Source of the DNA: Ignavibacteria bacterium
GTDB taxonomy: Bacteria > Bacteroidota > Ignavibacteria > Ch128b
Direction of reading: 5' to 3'
NCBI GenBank assembly: GCA_016873845.1
Contig: VGVX01000006.1
Coordinates: forward strand, 121 to 64,120
Length of the DNA: 64,000 nucleotides
Every line of letters starts with the position of its first letter. The first letter of the stretch is position 1. The position numbers were made by a program, and so were the translations under genes. The notes under the pieces are model-generated. The model was not told the DNA's origin. It was given only the letters and a program-made list of their open reading frames with translations, and did no database searches. Shown here one piece after another: positions 10,545 to 21,885 of the stretch.

Positions 10545-11131
10545 TTTGACTGTTCGTGATCGTTAACAAGTTTTCGCAATTTATCATACCACTTTGTGCC
10601 GTAAAGCCGCACAAGAGAATCTTTACAAAATTCATAAACAAAAGTTTTTGAATCAAGCCCTTTCGTCATTGCCACGTCGCATATTTTTAGGAACTCAGCT
10701 CGTAGCACATCATGACCGAAATAGTTTTTTCGAATCGGGAATAAGTGACATGAAATCGGTTTTCTAAAATCTATCTCACTTTTAAAGAATGATTTTTCAA
10801 CAGCACATTTTGCGACATCATTTTCCCAATAAACGAAGATACATTCTCTCTCTTCAACTGTACGAGTGTGATAGCCGCCCTTGTGTTTCTCTATAGGCCC
10901 AAATTTCTTCAGCGCGGCTTGACTCTTTGTTGGAAGATAATGTTTAATTTCCTCAGCAACTTTTGCGAGAATATTTGCTTCTTCGATTGTTAAAGGAGCG
11001 CCATACGCATCTTCAAGCGTGCAGCAAGCACCCTTACATTTTTCTAGATCGCAAAAAAAATACTCGTCAGTAACAGAATTACCAATAGTTACGTCGTCTA
11101 TTTGAATGAAGTAAGTATTCTCATATTTCAT
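10538..11131 (-). CDS. DUF3109 family Cys-rich protein
   Basis: 197-aa ORF with a CDLEKCKGACC motif, as I recall for DUF3109. Overlaps the rpoN start. Confidence 0.55.
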   Translation of the reverse strand: MKYENTYFIQIDDVTIGNSVTDEYFFCDLEKCKGACCTLEDAYGAPLTIEEANILAKVAEEIKHYLPTKSQAALKKFGPIEKHKGGYHTRTVEERECIFVYWENDVAKCAVEKSFFKSEIDFRKPISCHLFPIRKNYFGHDVLRAEFLKICDVAMTKGLDSKTFVYEFCKDSLVRLYGTKWYDKLRKLVNDHEQSKC

Positions 11132-11246
11132 TAATTAAAGATAAGGTACAAATTCAGGAAATCAAAAATAAATCGGTCAGCGTAATCATCAGATATAATT
11201 TAATCAAAAACTAATGTAAGGAGAGTATCAAATTCAGGATATATAT

Positions 11247-12629
11247 ATGAGTTTAATTTTCTTAAATTTGAATCAATTTATGAATAAGAACGAAAACACA
11301 ATTTGTGCTGTAATCACTCCAGCTGGCATTGGAGCAGTTTCAGTAATTAGATTGAGCGGCCCCAATGCAATTGAGATAGGGAAGAAAGTTTTTAGCGGAA
11401 GAGTTGATCTGCAAGAGGTTAATAGTCATACAATCCATTATGGAAAATTAGAATCTAACATTGATAATGTGCTCGTTTCAATCTTCAGAGCGCCTCATTC
11501 ATATACGGGCGAAGATTCAGTTGAAATCTCCTACCACGGAAGTGGTTTGATCGGTAAAAAGATTTTGGAGCTGCTTATTCTTCATGGTGCAAGACTTGCC
11601 GAACCCGGAGAATTTTCAAAAAGAGCGTTTATGAATGGAAAAATTGATTTACTGCAAGCTGAAGCCGTCGCAGAAATTATCCAATCGCGTTCGGACACGG
11701 CACTGATTCGTTCGAAAAATCAATTGGACGGTTTTTTGTCGAACAAAATCCATCTAATAAAGAATTATTTAGTTGAGGCAATAGGTTTAATTGAACTCGA
11801 ACTTGATTTTGCGGATGAGGATTTAGAGTTCTTGGACAAGTCCGAACTTGTTCAAAAGATTGAGACAATAATTGGACATATCGAGGACTTAATTGCAACC
11901 TATAAAACCGGAAGATATATCTTTGATGGTGTAAATACAGTAATTGCTGGCAGGCCAAATGTCGGTAAATCAAGTATTTTAAACAGAATTTTGAGCGATG
12001 AGAGAGCAATCGTTAGCGAAACCCCAGGCACTACAAGAGATTTAATAAAAGAAGAAATTGTTATTAATGGCACATTGTTTAGAATTTATGACACGGCCGG
12101 GCTGAGAAGTCCAGGCGATGTTATTGAAGAAGAAGGAATAAAAAGAGCAAGAAGAATTATAAGTCAGGCAGATTTAATTTTTTTTGTAACCGATAGTGAA
12201 TTTCCAAACGATGAATTAGAAAATTATTACCAAGCATTGCAATCGAATCAAGAGATCATTCGAATCGTAAACAAGTGCGATTTGAATCCTGATGTTAAAA
12301 TCGCAGATCATAATAAAACTATTCTAATATCTGCCAAAACCGGAGAGAGATTTAATGAATTGTTTAAAGTATTTAATGAATTCATCGAAACAAATAAAAT
12401 TTATTCAGAAGACTCCTCAATGGTTTCCAATATTAGGCAAAATAATTCCCTTAGTTTAGCAGTTGATGCTCTGAAAAAATCACTAGAAAGTATGAGATCT
12501 AATCAATCAGGTGAATTTGTAGCAATCGATCTTCGAAAAGCAATAAACTATATTAAAGAACTAACAGGGGAAATAACTTCAGAGGATATTTTGAATTCAA
12601 TTTTTTCAAAATTCTGTATAGGAAAATAA
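11247..12629 (+). CDS. mnmE: tRNA modification GTPase MnmE (true start possibly at 11280)
   Basis: 460-aa ORF. G1 motif GRPNVGKSS, DTAG, NKCD and the C-terminal CIGK. Confidence 0.9.
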   Translation: MSLIFLNLNQFMNKNENTICAVITPAGIGAVSVIRLSGPNAIEIGKKVFSGRVDLQEVNSHTIHYGKLESNIDNVLVSIFRAPHSYTGEDSVEISYHGSGLIGKKILELLILHGARLAEPGEFSKRAFMNGKIDLLQAEAVAEIIQSRSDTALIRSKNQLDGFLSNKIHLIKNYLVEAIGLIELELDFADEDLEFLDKSELVQKIETIIGHIEDLIATYKTGRYIFDGVNTVIAGRPNVGKSSILNRILSDERAIVSETPGTTRDLIKEEIVINGTLFRIYDTAGLRSPGDVIEEEGIKRARRIISQADLIFFVTDSEFPNDELENYYQALQSNQEIIRIVNKCDLNPDVKIADHNKTILISAKTGERFNELFKVFNEFIETNKIYSEDSSMVSNIRQNNSLSLAVDALKKSLESMRSNQSGEFVAIDLRKAINYIKELTGEITSEDILNSIFSKFCIGK

Positions 12630-12657
12630 ACGTTTCATGTGAAACATCGAGTATTTT

Positions 12658-14514
12658 GTGAAGGATAGGTATGACATAATTGTAATCGGTGGTGGACATG
12701 CGGGGATCGAAGCTGCAGCCGCTGCATCACAAATGGGCTGTTCGGTTGCACTAATTACTATGGATAAAAACGCAATTGGACGGATGTCATGTAATCCAGC
12801 CATTGGCGGTACGGCAAAGGGACATTTAGTAAAAGAGATTGATACCTTGGGGGGCTTAATGGGAAGACTCGCCGATCGAACCGCAATCCAATTTAGAATG
12901 CTAAATAAATCAAAAGGCCCTGCAGTTTGGTCCCCGCGATGTCAGTCAGACCGAGAATTATACTCGATTGAAGCATTGCGAGTGCTTAAGAAAATCGAAG
13001 CCCTCGATATAATCGAGGGGACTATTGAATCAATATTAATTTCTGATGCTTCTATTCGTGGTTTGAAACTTGGAAATAAAAAAATCAATTGTGATTGTGT
13101 TGTTATTGCTGCCGGAACATTCTTAAATGCTGTTATGCACATTGGAAAAGATCAAGAAGAGGGAGGAAGAGCTGGGGAAGCTCGAGTAAAGGGATTAACT
13201 GAAATGTTAATATCACTCGGTTTTATTAGCGGAAGATTAAAAACAGGCACTCCGCCAAGACTTCATAAGAATTCAATAGATTATTCAAAGTTAGAAGAGC
13301 AATCTGGTGATACCGAACCAGAATTCTTCTCTCATGTTACTAAAGGGCTTTGTTTACCACAAATTTCGTGTTACATAACCTACACAAATGAAAAAACTCA
13401 TGAAGTTCTCCAAGAAGGTTTTGCTGATTCGCCGCTTTTTACAGGCAGAATAAAAGGAGTTGGGCCCAGATATTGCCCTTCTATTGAAGACAAAATAAAT
13501 AGATTTAGAGATAAATCCCGTCACCAACTTTTTCTTGAACCGGACGGATTGAAGTCGGATTTAATATATGTAAATGGATTTTCTTCCAGCCTCCCAGCTG
13601 ATATACAATTGCGAGCATTGAGGACTATCCCGGGATTAGAAAACTCTGAGATGATCAGAGCCGGTTATGCAGTTGAATATGATTATTTTCCACCGCATCA
13701 AATTGAGTTGACGCTAGAGACAAAACTTATTAATGGATTATTTTTTGCCGGTCAGATAAATGGGACGTCAGGATATGAAGAAGCTGCCGCTCAAGGAATT
13801 ATAGCTGGAATTAATTCTGCCCTAAAAGTTCAAAAGAGAAATCCTCTGATTCTTAAAAGATCAGAAGCTTACATCGGAGTTTTAATCGATGATCTTGTAA
13901 ATAAGGGTACTGAAGAACCGTATCGAATGTTTACTTCTCGGGCAGAATACAGATTGAATCTACGACAAGATAACGCCGATAGAAGATTGATGAAATACGG
14001 ATATGAGATGGGGTTGATCGATAAAGAGACTTATGATTCTCTTATCCAAAAAGAAAAAGAGATTGAAAAAGTTATTTCATATTCCGATACAAAATTCATT
14101 TCTCCAGAGATTGTGAATCCTTATCTAAGAGAAACAAATAACGAACCAATTGATCAACATGAATCAATATCTAAATTGGTTAAAAGATCTGGAATAGGCT
14201 TGTCTAAATTACTAGAATTTGGAGATTACAGAATGATTAAAAAGGACGATATCTATAAGTCAGCTCTCAAACAGGCGGAAATTGAGATTAAGTATGAAGG
14301 CTACATAAAACGCCAAAACGAGGAAATTGAGAAATTTCATCAGAGTGAGGAAACAATTATTCCAAAAAACTTTGATTACTCAAAAATAAAATCGCTTTCA
14401 TCAGAGAGCAGGGAAAAGCTTGAAAGAATTCGGCCAAGATCTATTGGACAAGCGAGTAGAATTTCGGGCATCAGGCATTCAGATTTGTCTATTTTATTAG
14501 TCTATCTTAAATGA
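12658..14514 (+). CDS. mnmG: tRNA uridine 5-carboxymethylaminomethyl modification enzyme MnmG
   Basis: 618-aa ORF. FAD motif [12 protein letters not shown] and GidA-like sequence throughout. Confidence 0.95.
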   Translation: MKDRYDIIVIGGGHAGIEAAAAASQMGCSVALITMDKNAIGRMSCNPAIGGTAKGHLVKEIDTLGGLMGRLADRTAIQFRMLNKSKGPAVWSPRCQSDRELYSIEALRVLKKIEALDIIEGTIESILISDASIRGLKLGNKKINCDCVVIAAGTFLNAVMHIGKDQEEGGRAGEARVKGLTEMLISLGFISGRLKTGTPPRLHKNSIDYSKLEEQSGDTEPEFFSHVTKGLCLPQISCYITYTNEKTHEVLQEGFADSPLFTGRIKGVGPRYCPSIEDKINRFRDKSRHQLFLEPDGLKSDLIYVNGFSSSLPADIQLRALRTIPGLENSEMIRAGYAVEYDYFPPHQIELTLETKLINGLFFAGQINGTSGYEEAAAQGIIAGINSALKVQKRNPLILKRSEAYIGVLIDDLVNKGTEEPYRMFTSRAEYRLNLRQDNADRRLMKYGYEMGLIDKETYDSLIQKEKEIEKVISYSDTKFISPEIVNPYLRETNNEPIDQHESISKLVKRSGIGLSKLLEFGDYRMIKKDDIYKSALKQAEIEIKYEGYIKRQNEEIEKFHQSEETIIPKNFDYSKIKSLSSESREKLERIRPRSIGQASRISGIRHSDLSILLVYLK

Positions 14515-15191
14515 TTTTTCACGTGAAACATAAATTAATGGAGATTTTTCAAGTTTTTTTAAATAACGGTATTAAACTCTCAGAAAAAGAAGCGAATTTA
14601 TTGATGAATTATGCTGATTTGCTGAAAGTTCATAATCAGAGACTAAATCTGATTTCACGGAAAGATGTTGATGATGTACTGATCAGGCACATTTTACCAT
14701 GTTATGTTTTTTCGAACATTGTTGGGAACCATTCAAGTGTATTGGACATTGGGACAGGAGGCGGATTGCCAGGAATTCCTTATTCTATCAAATACGAAAA
14801 AAGCCAGATTCTACTGGTGGATTCCACCAAAAAAAAGATTGATGCCGTGTCCGAAATTGTCCAAACATTGAATCTCTCAAATGTTGAGACACTTTGGACA
14901 AGAGTTGAATCTAGTTCGTTCCGGCAAAGTTATAAAAAAAGCTTTGACCTAATTATTAGCCGAGCCACATCAGATCTTTTAGCACTAATAAACTACTCTA
15001 TTCCACTGTTTAAAAATTTGAACAGAGGGAAAATTTCTGCCATGAAAGGCGGCGAACTTAATAATGAAATAAGAAAAGCACAAAAAATGTATCCGAGTTT
15101 GGAATTTTCAGCAAGTCCATTAATTTATATACCAGGAAACGAAAATAACCTAAACAAAAAATATATTGTCACTGTGGAGAATTTTCGATGA
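14511..15191 (+). CDS. rsmG: 16S rRNA (guanine527-N7)-methyltransferase RsmG
   Basis: 226-aa ORF. SAM motif [16 protein letters not shown] start/stop overlap with mnmG. Confidence 0.85.
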   Translation: MIFHVKHKLMEIFQVFLNNGIKLSEKEANLLMNYADLLKVHNQRLNLISRKDVDDVLIRHILPCYVFSNIVGNHSSVLDIGTGGGLPGIPYSIKYEKSQILLVDSTKKKIDAVSEIVQTLNLSNVETLWTRVESSSFRQSYKKSFDLIISRATSDLLALINYSIPLFKNLNRGKISAMKGGELNNEIRKAQKMYPSLEFSASPLIYIPGNENNLNKKYIVTVENFR

Positions 15192-16111
15192 AAGAGTCTA
15201 AAATAATATTTGAAGAAATAAAGAATCTTATTACCGAACAACGAAATCAAAGAAGTATGGATATTGATTCGATGGAGACAGAAGATATCCTGAAAATAAT
15301 AAATGAAGATGATAAGCTCGTAGCATATGCTGTGGAGAAAGAAATTCCTTACATTGTCGAAGCGGTGGAATTAGTAGTTGCTTCCTTCAAAAATGGGGGA
15401 CGTCTTTTATATTTCGGCGCTGGAACAAGCGGCAGAATCGGAGTTGTTGACGCAGCAGAATGTCCGCCAACTTTTGGGACTCCTCCAGCGATGGTGCAAG
15501 GATTTATTGCAGGAGGAAATGCTGCAATGTTTGTTGCTCAAGAGGGAGCTGAAGATAAAGAAGAAAATGGGGCTAAAGATGTTATCAAAGCAAAAGTAAA
15601 TTCCAATGATACAGTTTGCGGAATCGCTGCGAGTCGAAGAACTCCATACGTAATAGGTGCAGTAAAAAAAGCTCGCGAGATTGGAGCCAAAACGATCTAT
15701 GTGACTTGTAATCCAAGAAACGAGTTCAATCTCGATGTTGATGTAGCCATTTGTCCAGAAGTTGGACCTGAGGTCGTTATGGGTTCAACAAGAATGAAGA
15801 GTGGAACAGCACAGAAGTTAGTCCTAAACATGATTACTACAGCTTCAATGATAAGAATTGGTAAAGTCTATGAAAATATGATGATCGATTTGCAAATGAC
15901 GAATCTCAAATTAGTTGAGCGGTCAAAAAGAATCGTAATGACAATCACAGGTGTGTCCTATGAAGAAGCTGAAAAGTATTTAGCAGAAGCCAAGGGGCAT
16001 GTGAAAACCGCACTGGTTATGATTCGAGCAAAAGTATCATACGCAGAAGCTCAAAAAAGATTAGAGCAATCCGATGGATTTGTTCGAAAAGCGATTGAAG
16101 GTAATTTTTGA
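15188..16111 (+). CDS. murQ: N-acetylmuramic acid 6-phosphate etherase
   Basis: 307-aa ORF. SIS domain with GAGTSGRIG and the C-terminal helical tail typical of MurQ. Confidence 0.85.
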   Translation: MKESKIIFEEIKNLITEQRNQRSMDIDSMETEDILKIINEDDKLVAYAVEKEIPYIVEAVELVVASFKNGGRLLYFGAGTSGRIGVVDAAECPPTFGTPPAMVQGFIAGGNAAMFVAQEGAEDKEENGAKDVIKAKVNSNDTVCGIAASRRTPYVIGAVKKAREIGAKTIYVTCNPRNEFNLDVDVAICPEVGPEVVMGSTRMKSGTAQKLVLNMITTASMIRIGKVYENMMIDLQMTNLKLVERSKRIVMTITGVSYEEAEKYLAEAKGHVKTALVMIRAKVSYAEAQKRLEQSDGFVRKAIEGNF

Positions 16112-16114
16112 TAA

Positions 16115-19100
16115 GTGGACTTCAAGAAAAACTTATATTCATTTTTTGGTAATTTTGAATTAATCGATTCTATTCTTAAAGCATTCGATGAACACCAGCC
16201 TCTTTATGTAAAAAATCTAATTGGCAGTCTAAAAACAATTTTAGTAATAAAACTTTTTGAAAAAGGTCAAACAGTATTTGTTCCCTTTAAAGATTTTACA
16301 ACCGGAAAACGACTTAAAGCTGAGCTAGAATTATGGGGCTATGATAAATCTTCCATACTGTTTTCTTTTGAGAACATAGACCTTCACACTCCATCTATAG
16401 AAGAAGTACTTCAGGAAATATCACAAGAAAATAAAATAGTTATAACGTCATATGAAACGCTGTTTAAGTCAATTCTGACAAAAGAAGAATTTGAGAAAAA
16501 TAACATCGCTCTAACTCCTTATATTTCAACAAGTTACGACGATTTAATAGATATATTGGAAGCACTGAATTATCAGAGACAAAATTTTGTAGAAGCTAGG
16601 GGAGAATATTCTGTTAGGGGATCGTTGATAGACATATTTTCATTCAGTCATTCGAGTCCGGTAAGAATTGAATTTGACGGAGAACAAATTCACTCAATGA
16701 GACTTTTTGATGCCGAAAGCCAACGATCATTTTCTTTTATTGAAAATTATTCGATTTATTCAACGGATAATTCAATAAGTCCATCTGGAAAGACTACACT
16801 ACTGGATTTTGCCGAAAAGAGCTTCACAATTTTGAATGAGTACGAACAAACCGAGTATGGTAACAGAAATGATTTCAAATCAACAAAGTTAATTATTGAA
16901 AAAGAGTTCTATACTGACGAAGTAATTAAATTGGAAGCAAGGCATCTTCCATCAATAAATTCGAATCTTGAAATTTTAGAGACTGAAATAAAAAAACTTG
17001 CAGAATCTGGATTTACAACTATAATATTAGCCGAGCAGCAGAGTCATGCTGAGCGACTCATAGAATTAGTTTACGAGTATTCAGAAAATTTTCAACTTCT
17101 GCTTGATGAAGGAAAAGTTAAAATAAATGTTTTGCCTCTTCGCGAAGGTTTCATTGATGAAAAATCTTGTATCGCATATTTTACTGAGCATCAAATCTTC
17201 AATAGACCATTTTATATCACGACTAAGTATACAAAAAAGCTGAAAGGTGCACCAAAACATTTTCTAAATACGATTAAAAAAGGGGATTATGTTGTTCACT
17301 CGGATTTTGGAATCGGTAAGTTTTTAGGATTGGAAAAAATTAAAGTGCAAAACCTTCCGCACGAAGTAATGAAAATTGCTTATGCTGAGAAAGATGCTGT
17401 TTATGTAAATATCAACTATCTGAGTAAAGTAAAAAAATATTCGTCTAAAGAGTCCGTTGAGCCGAACCTATCGAAACTTGGAGGAAATGAGTGGAAAACA
17501 ACAAAAAAAAGAATAAAATCGAAAATTCAAGATGCTGTTAGAGATTTAATAAAATTATATGCTCAAAGAAAATCATCACAAGGATTTAACTTTTCGGAGG
17601 ATACTGTCTGGCAGAGAGAACTAGAAGCAAGCTTCTACTACGAAGATACCCCTGATCAAATAAAAGTTACAAATGAGATCAAAAACGACATGCAATCTTC
17701 TTCGCCGATGGATCGATTAGTTTGTGGTGATGTTGGATTTGGAAAAACGGAAGTGGCAGTTCGAGCCGCCTTCAAAGCAGTGATGGACAGCAAACAAGTT
17801 GCGATTCTTGTTCCAACAACAATTCTTGCTGAACAGCACTACAACACATTTTTAGATAGAATTTCAAAATATCCGATTCAAATAAAAGCACTTTCAAGAT
17901 TTATTAAAAAATCTGAGCAGAAAGAGATTCTGGCAAAATTAGAACGGGGAGAAATTGATGTTGTAATTGGAACGCACAGACTGCTTTCTCAAGATGTAAA
18001 ATTTAAAGATCTTGGATTGCTAATAATCGATGAAGAACACCGGTTTGGAGTTGTAGCGAAAGAAAAAATCAGACAAGCGAGAGCAAACGTGGATACTATT
18101 TATTTAACAGCTACACCAATTCCGCGAACATTAAATATGGCACTTGCAGGCTCAAAGGATATATCAATTATCGCAACACCTCCTCCGAATAGGCTGCCGA
18201 TCATAACTGAAATCTCGAAGTTTGACATTCAAAAGATTCGCGAAGTAATTATGTTTGAGATTGGACGCGGCGGTCAGATATTTTTTGTTCACGACCGCGT
18301 TGCTTCAATCGATAAAATGACTTTATATCTCCAAAAAAATGTTCCACAGGCAAAATTCTGCACAGCTCATGGTCAATTAAAATCGTCCAAGCTGGAAACA
18401 GTTCTACATGATTTTTTAAGTAAAAAATTCGATGTTTTAGTCTGTACGAAAATTATTGAATCTGGATTGGACATTCCAAATGCAAATACGATTATAGTTA
18501 ATCGCGCGGATAAATTCGGCTTAGCTGAACTTTATCAACTCCGTGGAAGAGTAGGGCGAACAAATAAACAAGCTTATGCTTATTTATTTGTCCCATCTCT
18601 TATTTCAATTACAAAAGATGCTGTCCAAAGGATTCAGGCAATTGAAGAATTTAGCGAAATTGGTAGCGGATTTAACTTATCTATGAGAGACTTGGAGATT
18701 CGAGGTGCCGGAAATTTATTAGGAACAGAACAAAGCGGGTTTATTCAATCTGTCGGATTTGAAATGTACATGAATATCCTTGAGGAAGCAGTTACAGAAT
18801 TAAAGGAAAAGGAGTTTAGCGAACTGTTCAAAATTTCTGAACAAGATTTGTCCGAAAGAATTGAAACAACATTGGACGTTTATTTTGACTATAACATCCC
18901 ATCAGAATATATTGAACTTCAAGATGAACGATTATATTATTACACTAAGCTTTTTACTATAAAAGACTTATCTGAATTGGACAATATTTACTTCGAGATT
19001 CAAGATAAATATGGAGAAATTCCAGAGAACGTGCAGAATTTGATTGAGCTTGCTAAACTAAGATTTCTCGGTTCAAAGGCATGTTTTGAAAGAATTGAAA

Positions 19101-19387
19101 TTGCGCCCAAAAGTGTTTCGCTAAACTTTCCAAACAAAGAGCATTCCTGGTATTATGAAAAATATTTTACCCACATCTTAAGTTTTTTGAATCAAAATTA
19201 TTACAAAGAAGTAAAAATTGAAGAAAAATCGAAAACACTTAAGCTGCAATTTTTAATAAACTTTGAAAATTACATGGAGACAATTAGCTTCTTAAAGATC
19301 ATGTTTGATGAAATTAGACTCGTAATCGAGAAAAGAACTAATTCAGCGAGGTCACAAATGCAAGAGTCAGCTTTACAAATTAATTAG
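16115..19387 (+). CDS. mfd: Transcription-repair coupling factor
   Basis: 1090-aa ORF. Helicase motifs GDVGFGKTEVA, IIDEEHRFG and QLRGRVGR, plus a CarD-like region. Confidence 0.9.
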   Translation: MDFKKNLYSFFGNFELIDSILKAFDEHQPLYVKNLIGSLKTILVIKLFEKGQTVFVPFKDFTTGKRLKAELELWGYDKSSILFSFENIDLHTPSIEEVLQEISQENKIVITSYETLFKSILTKEEFEKNNIALTPYISTSYDDLIDILEALNYQRQNFVEARGEYSVRGSLIDIFSFSHSSPVRIEFDGEQIHSMRLFDAESQRSFSFIENYSIYSTDNSISPSGKTTLLDFAEKSFTILNEYEQTEYGNRNDFKSTKLIIEKEFYTDEVIKLEARHLPSINSNLEILETEIKKLAESGFTTIILAEQQSHAERLIELVYEYSENFQLLLDEGKVKINVLPLREGFIDEKSCIAYFTEHQIFNRPFYITTKYTKKLKGAPKHFLNTIKKGDYVVHSDFGIGKFLGLEKIKVQNLPHEVMKIAYAEKDAVYVNINYLSKVKKYSSKESVEPNLSKLGGNEWKTTKKRIKSKIQDAVRDLIKLYAQRKSSQGFNFSEDTVWQRELEASFYYEDTPDQIKVTNEIKNDMQSSSPMDRLVCGDVGFGKTEVAVRAAFKAVMDSKQVAILVPTTILAEQHYNTFLDRISKYPIQIKALSRFIKKSEQKEILAKLERGEIDVVIGTHRLLSQDVKFKDLGLLIIDEEHRFGVVAKEKIRQARANVDTIYLTATPIPRTLNMALAGSKDISIIATPPPNRLPIITEISKFDIQKIREVIMFEIGRGGQIFFVHDRVASIDKMTLYLQKNVPQAKFCTAHGQLKSSKLETVLHDFLSKKFDVLVCTKIIESGLDIPNANTIIVNRADKFGLAELYQLRGRVGRTNKQAYAYLFVPSLISITKDAVQRIQAIEEFSEIGSGFNLSMRDLEIRGAGNLLGTEQSGFIQSVGFEMYMNILEEAVTELKEKEFSELFKISEQDLSERIETTLDVYFDYNIPSEYIELQDERLYYYTKLFTIKDLSELDNIYFEIQDKYGEIPENVQNLIELAKLRFLGSKACFERIEIAPKSVSLNFPNKEHSWYYEKYFTHILSFLNQNYYKEVKIEEKSKTLKLQFLINFENYMETISFLKIMFDEIRLVIEKRTNSARSQMQESALQIN

Positions 19388-19398
19388 ATTCACTTATT

Positions 19399-21069
19399 TT
19401 GTTTGAGATACTGTTTGAGCCGAAAATGAAAATAAAACTCTTTACCAGCATACTAATTTTATTAATTCACACTTCTGCATTTGGGCAGATGTTTTATTTT
19501 ACTATCTATAATCAGAATACCAGCACAAATTTTCTAGTTGCTTCATATAAAAATCAAGCCATTACGTTTTGCTCGATTGATGATATCACTAAAGCGCTTC
19601 AACTTAGCTCCTCGATTGACCGCACCAATTTGCAACAGGTGATTAATTTAAAGGATGGGGAGTTAACACTAAGCGCATTCAATCCGTATTTAGTTTATCG
19701 CAGCAGATCCGGAATTGAACTTTCTCACCAGATCGATGTAGAATCGGATTATAGATATGGGACAATATATGTTCCTATAAATAATTTCATAGAATTTTTT
19801 AACAGGGTTAGCGAAAGGACTTTAACTGTTGACCATCGGACGAACATAATTCGTCTAGAGAGCGGGCGAATTTCCGGAATCGTCTCATCGCTCCCGACTC
19901 AGCCAGAAACAAAGTCTACCGTGGAACAACCCAATACAGTTTCTGAGATTAAACGCGAAATTGAAACGCCAGCACGCACGCCATCAAATTATGATATTTA
20001 CGATTTCACCTTAACGGAAAAATCAAATGGGTATATTTTTAGACTGAAGTCTAAAAAACCAATTAGAAGTGTTTCAAAAAATTACGCTTCAAAAACATTT
20101 TATCTAAGACTAAATAATTTGACGGTTAATCCTGAAAAATTTAACACAAAAATTAATAACGGTTTGATTGCTGAAGTTACCTCAGTTCAGCAACAAAATA
20201 AAACAGACATTAAATTGATCCTTAATTTCGATCTTCAAAGCAACGAAGTTGTCTCTGAAAAAGGAACAAACGATATTTTGATTCTGTTGCACGTTAGGCC
20301 GGATGTGGTTGAAAAAATTCGTGAAACTAGAAATCTTCGGCAAACAAATAAGAATAATATATCGTTCGATATCGTTGTAATCGATCCGGGGCATGGCGGA
20401 AAAGACGGCGGGGCAGTTGGTTATAAAGGAACTAAAGAAAAAGATATTAATCTCGCAATTGCGTTAAAACTTGGAAGTATTATTAAAAATAATAATCCAA
20501 ATATTAAACTCGTTTATACAAGAAGCGACGACAGATTCATCGAGTTGTACAGACGAGGACAAATTGCAAATGAAAACAATGGAAAATTATTTATCTCAAT
20601 TCACTGCAATTCTACTCCTGCCCGTCCTGGGAACTCTCAAGGATATGAAATTTATCTTCTTCGTCCTGGGAGATCAGAGGATGCTATAAAAATCGCCGAA
20701 AGAGAGAACAGTGTTATCAAGCTTGAGGAAGGGTATGAAGAAAGATACAAACATCTTTCAGATGAAAATTTTATTCTTACGGCAATGTATCAAACAGCAA
20801 ATGTTAAACACAGTGAAAAATTTGCGGAAATATTAGACGACAAATTCCGAAAGACGCTTCCACTGAAAAGAAATGGAGTTAAGCAGGCAGGGTTTTATGT
20901 ATTAGTTGGAGCTTCAATGCCAAGCGTTCTTATAGAAACTGCATTCCTTAACAATCCTACTGACGAAAGATTTCTAAACACTTCATCAGGACAACAGCAG
21001 TTTGCTGAATCAATATATAAAGCCATTATTGACTATAAGAACTATTATGAAGAGGTTGCTTCTAAATAA
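19399..21069 (+). CDS. N-acetylmuramoyl-L-alanine amidase (Amidase_3) with N-terminal extension; start possibly at 19426
   Basis: 556-aa ORF with a signal peptide. VVIDPGHGGKDGGA and FISIHCNS motifs of Amidase_3. Confidence 0.8.
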   Translation: MFEILFEPKMKIKLFTSILILLIHTSAFGQMFYFTIYNQNTSTNFLVASYKNQAITFCSIDDITKALQLSSSIDRTNLQQVINLKDGELTLSAFNPYLVYRSRSGIELSHQIDVESDYRYGTIYVPINNFIEFFNRVSERTLTVDHRTNIIRLESGRISGIVSSLPTQPETKSTVEQPNTVSEIKREIETPARTPSNYDIYDFTLTEKSNGYIFRLKSKKPIRSVSKNYASKTFYLRLNNLTVNPEKFNTKINNGLIAEVTSVQQQNKTDIKLILNFDLQSNEVVSEKGTNDILILLHVRPDVVEKIRETRNLRQTNKNNISFDIVVIDPGHGGKDGGAVGYKGTKEKDINLAIALKLGSIIKNNNPNIKLVYTRSDDRFIELYRRGQIANENNGKLFISIHCNSTPARPGNSQGYEIYLLRPGRSEDAIKIAERENSVIKLEEGYEERYKHLSDENFILTAMYQTANVKHSEKFAEILDDKFRKTLPLKRNGVKQAGFYVLVGASMPSVLIETAFLNNPTDERFLNTSSGQQQFAESIYKAIIDYKNYYEEVASK

Positions 21070-21142
21070 TCGGAAATTGCAAAACTTTGATTCGATGCTA
21101 ATTGAAAACCCTTCTATTAATAGTTAAATTAGCATAAATTTT

Positions 21143-21484
21143 ATGAAAAAGAGCGATGCAAAACGAGAATTAATTTCACAAGAGATATCAAATGAATTAA
21201 AATCGTTATTGAAGTCGAATCTCAAAAAAATTATTCTATATGGTTCATATGCTTATGGTACTCCTGACGATGATTCTGATATTGATATTTTGGCATTAGT
21301 GGATATTGAAGAAGATCAGTTTGCTAATTATAACAATAGAATTTCGGAAATTGCGACAACAATTTGCATTAAACATGAAATACTACCTTCAATAATCTTG
21401 GAAAATTCAAAGAAATTTGAAAAGTATCTTGAAGTTGTCCCGTTTTATCAAAACGTCTTAAAGGGAATTACTCTGTATGGATGA
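21143..21484 (+). CDS. Minimal nucleotidyltransferase (MNT)
   Basis: 113-aa ORF. GSYAYGTPDDDSDIDILAL NTase motif. 8-nt overlap with the downstream HEPN gene. Confidence 0.8.
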   Translation: MKKSDAKRELISQEISNELKSLLKSNLKKIILYGSYAYGTPDDDSDIDILALVDIEEDQFANYNNRISEIATTICIKHEILPSIILENSKKFEKYLEVVPFYQNVLKGITLYG

Positions 21485-21878
21485 AGCAATAAGAGACCTT
21501 GCAAATTATCGATTAGAAAAAGCATTTGAAGAATTAAAAAATTCTGCAATGATGATTGAATCGGGGAGTTTTTCAAAGTCGCTTAACTGTAGTTACTATG
21601 TAATTTTCCACGCAACGAGAGACCTTCTTGCTTTCGATAAATTTGATTCAAGAAAGCATTCAGGGATAATATCTTTCTTCATAAATAAGTACATAAAGTC
21701 AAAACTTATTGACGAAGAACTTGCTAAGATAATTATGGGAGCACAAAATTATAGAATTAAAAGTGATCATTTAGATTTTTTTATTGTTTCGAAAAGTGAA
21801 TCAATTGAACAATACGAAAATGCGAAACGTTTCGTAGATAGTCTTGCTGAATTAATTAATGAAAAGCTAAGAGATTAA
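21477..21878 (+). CDS. HEPN domain protein
   Basis: 133-aa ORF. RIKSDH fits the Rx4H HEPN motif. Operonic with the MNT gene. Confidence 0.75.
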   Translation: MDEAIRDLANYRLEKAFEELKNSAMMIESGSFSKSLNCSYYVIFHATRDLLAFDKFDSRKHSGIISFFINKYIKSKLIDEELAKIIMGAQNYRIKSDHLDFFIVSKSESIEQYENAKRFVDSLAELINEKLRD

Positions 21879-21885
21879 TATCACC

